From Gemmatimonadota bacterium (lineage in GTDB: Bacteria > Gemmatimonadota > Gemmatimonadetes > Gemmatimonadales > GWC2-71-9), in the NCBI GenBank assembly GCA_039588295.1, contig JBDHAB010000020.1:1-47047 (forward strand): a stretch of DNA of 47,047 nt. The letters are read 5' to 3'. The translations under genes and the position numbers were made by a program. This document shows, piece by piece, positions 44,744 through 47,047 of the stretch. Each line of letters starts with the position of its first letter. Within the stretch, counting starts at the first letter, position 1. The notes below the pieces were generated by a model that saw nothing but the letters and a program-made list of their open reading frames with translations, searched no databases and was not told the DNA's origin.

Positions 44744-47043
44744 TGGCCCTCCGCTTCGAGCTGCGTCAGGAGTTCCCGCACCTGAGTGTCCGCCGGCCAG
44801 AGCTCCACCATTTGCCGCGCATATGACAGTGCGGCGTTGACCTGTCCCCGGTCGCGCTGCATCGTGACGAGCGCCATCAAGACGCTTCTGTTGTACGGGC
44901 GCCGCTCGAGCGTCTGCTCCAGAACCGTTACCGCTCGTTCCGCGTCGCCACTCGACTCGAGCGCGATCGCGTACACGTAGGCGAAGCGTGCGTCGTCGGG
45001 TGCCAGTTCTACCGCGCGCTCGAGGGCAACCAGCGCCTCATCGAGACGGTCCTGCCGCACGAGCAGGAGTCCCCACGCGTGCTGCAACGCCGGTTGGCCC
45101 GGTGCCACGGCCAGCGCCTCTCGCAAGACGCGCGCACCGCGATCGTCGCGACCCTGTGCGCGGTAGAGATCGGCGAGGTTAACGGCAGCCTGCACGAACG
45201 CCGAATCGAGGCGGAGCGCCGTTCGGTAACTCGCTTCCGCGTCCGCAAACCGGCCGAGGTCCGCGGAGAAGACCCCCAGATTGAGATGCGCTTCGGGGCG
45301 GTCGGCGTTGGCCTGCTGCGCCACGACGTACTCGGCGGCCGCGCTGTCGAACACGGCGCGCGTCGTCGGCGACCATACTTCACTCGGCACCGCCGCAAGC
45401 GATCGGGCCGCCGCGATCCGCACCACCAAGACGGAATCACCGAGCAAGTGGAAACCCGCGCCCAAACGCTCCACTGGAAAGAAGGACCCGAGCGCACGAG
45501 CGCCTGCCAACCGCACGAGCGGGGCGGAATCATGCAGCGAACGCCCGATTGCCTCAACAGCCGCCCGGCTCGGGTATCCGGCCAGGAGGGACACCGCGGT
45601 TGCACGTACGATGTCCGACTGTGCCGAGTCGGCGGCGAGCCGCGCCAACGCCGTATCCGCCGCCGGGACGCCCGTGCGGCCGGCGGCGAGTGTCTCGCCG
45701 AAGTGCGTCCCCCCGCGGGACGGACCGTACCAGTCGCCCACCGCGCTCGCCGCCCAGGCGTCCGCACGGTCGGTGTGACAGTTGGTGCACGCGTTGGGTG
45801 TACCGAGTCGCATTGAGAGATCCGGCCGCGGAACGGGGAAGCTGTGATCCCGGCGCGGATCCACGACCATATAGGTGCGTGACGGCATGTGGCACTCGAC
45901 GCAGCGTGATCCCGTCGAGCCCCGCGGATGGAAGTGGTGACGTGACCCCTCGTACATGGCGGGCAGATGACAGGGCGCGCACACCGCGTTGCCGTCGGCG
46001 CGTAGGGTGAGCGCGTGCGGATCGTGGCAATCGGTGCACGTCACACCAGAGCGGTACATCCGGCTCTGGAGGAACGACCCGTAGACATAGACCTCGTCGA
46101 AAATCTGGCCGTCAGGGTAGTACAGTTCCTCTTCGAGCAAGGCGGGCTCGTGCGTATCGAGCAACGGACGTCCGTACACGTAGTCCGGACGGAGCACGCT
46201 GCGTCGGGAGTGACAGCGGGCGCACGACTCGACCTCTTGGCGGCTGCCGAGCGGATCAGTGCTCCGGGCGGTCGGCGAATCGCCAGCGAACTCCCACGCG
46301 CCGGGTACGGCATCGGCGAGCCGAACCACTAGTCCGTTCGGCGTGCCCGCGGCGTCCGTCTCGCACTCACCGTTTTGCGCCCACGCCACGTGCAGCGATC
46401 CGGGCCCGTGGCACGCTTCGCACGAGACATCGATTTCCGACCACGTCGTGACGTATGTGTCGGTGTCGCGGTCGTAGCCTTTCTGGAGATCGGTCGAGTG
46501 GCACTCGGCGCACATATAGTTCCAGTTTTGGAGCGGCCGGGTCCAGTGCAACACATCGGTGTGCGGGATCGACTCATCGGGATAGAGATGAAACCACCGC
46601 TGGCCTCGCTCCACCGCGGGCCGAGCGTCCCACGCCGTACCGAGCGCTTGATACCGTCCCCCAGGGAACGCGATCAAGTACTGCTGGAGCGGTGCGACAC
46701 CGAACGTGTACGCGACCTCGAACTCCTCGAGCGCTCCGTCGGGCCCGTCGGTGCGGACCATGTAGCGGCCGTTTGGCCGCGTGAAGGCTGACGTGACCCC
46801 GAAGTGCGGGAATGTCGCGTCATTGAAATCGCCCAGCACGGTCGTACTGTCGGCCACTTGCATGGCAAGATCGTGATGGGAGCCTCTCCACCGTGCGAAT
46901 TGCTCGACGTGGCACTCGGCGCACACGGCGCCACCCACGAAGGCCGCTTCATCCGCGGCCGGTTCACATCCGGCGGCGAGCGACAGTGACATGAAGACGG
47001 TGACGCACGTCGGGAGGACGCCGTCACGGATCGTCCGGATCAT
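44740..47043 (-). CDS. Multiheme c-type cytochrome (8 CxxCH) with HEAT-like and TPR repeats, lipoprotein
   Basis: CAECH, CAECH, CEACH, CARCH, CTDCH, CAPCH, CVECH, CTNCH; AAGC lipobox; C-terminal TPRs. The start sits at the window edge. Confidence 0.9.
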   Translation of the reverse strand: MIRTIRDGVLPTCVTVFMSLSLAAGCEPAADEAAFVGGAVCAECHVEQFARWRGSHHDLAMQVADSTTVLGDFNDATFPHFGVTSAFTRPNGRYMVRTDGPDGALEEFEVAYTFGVAPLQQYLIAFPGGRYQALGTAWDARPAVERGQRWFHLYPDESIPHTDVLHWTRPLQNWNYMCAECHSTDLQKGYDRDTDTYVTTWSEIDVSCEACHGPGSLHVAWAQNGECETDAAGTPNGLVVRLADAVPGAWEFAGDSPTARSTDPLGSRQEVESCARCHSRRSVLRPDYVYGRPLLDTHEPALLEEELYYPDGQIFDEVYVYGSFLQSRMYRSGVTCTDCHDPHALTLRADGNAVCAPCHLPAMYEGSRHHFHPRGSTGSRCVECHMPSRTYMVVDPRRDHSFPVPRPDLSMRLGTPNACTNCHTDRADAWAASAVGDWYGPSRGGTHFGETLAAGRTGVPAADTALARLAADSAQSDIVRATAVSLLAGYPSRAAVEAIGRSLHDSAPLVRLAGARALGSFFPVERLGAGFHLLGDSVLVVRIAAARSLAAVPSEVWSPTTRAVFDSAAAEYVVAQQANADRPEAHLNLGVFSADLGRFADAEASYRTALRLDSAFVQAAVNLADLYRAQGRDDRGARVLREALAVAPGQPALQHAWGLLLVRQDRLDEALVALERAVELAPDDARFAYVYAIALESSGDAERAVTVLEQTLERRPYNRSVLMALVTMQRDRGQVNAALSYARQMVELWPADTQVRELLTQLEAEGQ

Positions 47044-47047
47044 AGCA

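Overview
High-GC bacterial chromosomal segment, most likely Gemmatimonadota (inferred from the kinase-TPR architectures, DUF5916 barrel and Ig-like lipoprotein family). I found no rRNA, tRNA, CRISPR array, integrase or transposase. Contents from left to right: a partial Ser/Thr kinase-TPR gene; a peptidoglycan-turnover operon (membrane kinase, M15B D,D-carboxypeptidase, MpaA, SpmA/SpmB fusion); an amidohydrolase; a Tat multicopper oxidase with 11-bp-phased upstream repeats; an alpha/beta hydrolase abutting a dead AAA ATPase; an AT-richer Gfo/Idh/MocA plus hexosamine-6-phosphate isomerase pair; a beta-helix lipoprotein; a surface-structure locus at 16365-23250; a DUF5916 barrel; two inverted DUF1640-like paralogues with a shared promoter and palindrome; an RND system whose TolC carries an N-terminal substrate-binding-like domain; two more kinase-TPR genes; and a coupled octaheme cytochrome-TPR, sulfatase, sulfatase operon. 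The best candidate for an undescribed system is 16365-23250. A 58-aa peptide with exact lasso-type (RRE-binding) leader spacing but a non-lasso Gly/Ser/Thr core heads an operon of an Ig-like lipoprotein and two signal-peptide-bearing YadA-head-repeat/Peptidase_S74 fibre proteins. A block-conserved ~73-nt leader element precedes both this operon and a paralogous lipoprotein gene. All family calls are from motif recognition by eye; no searches were run.
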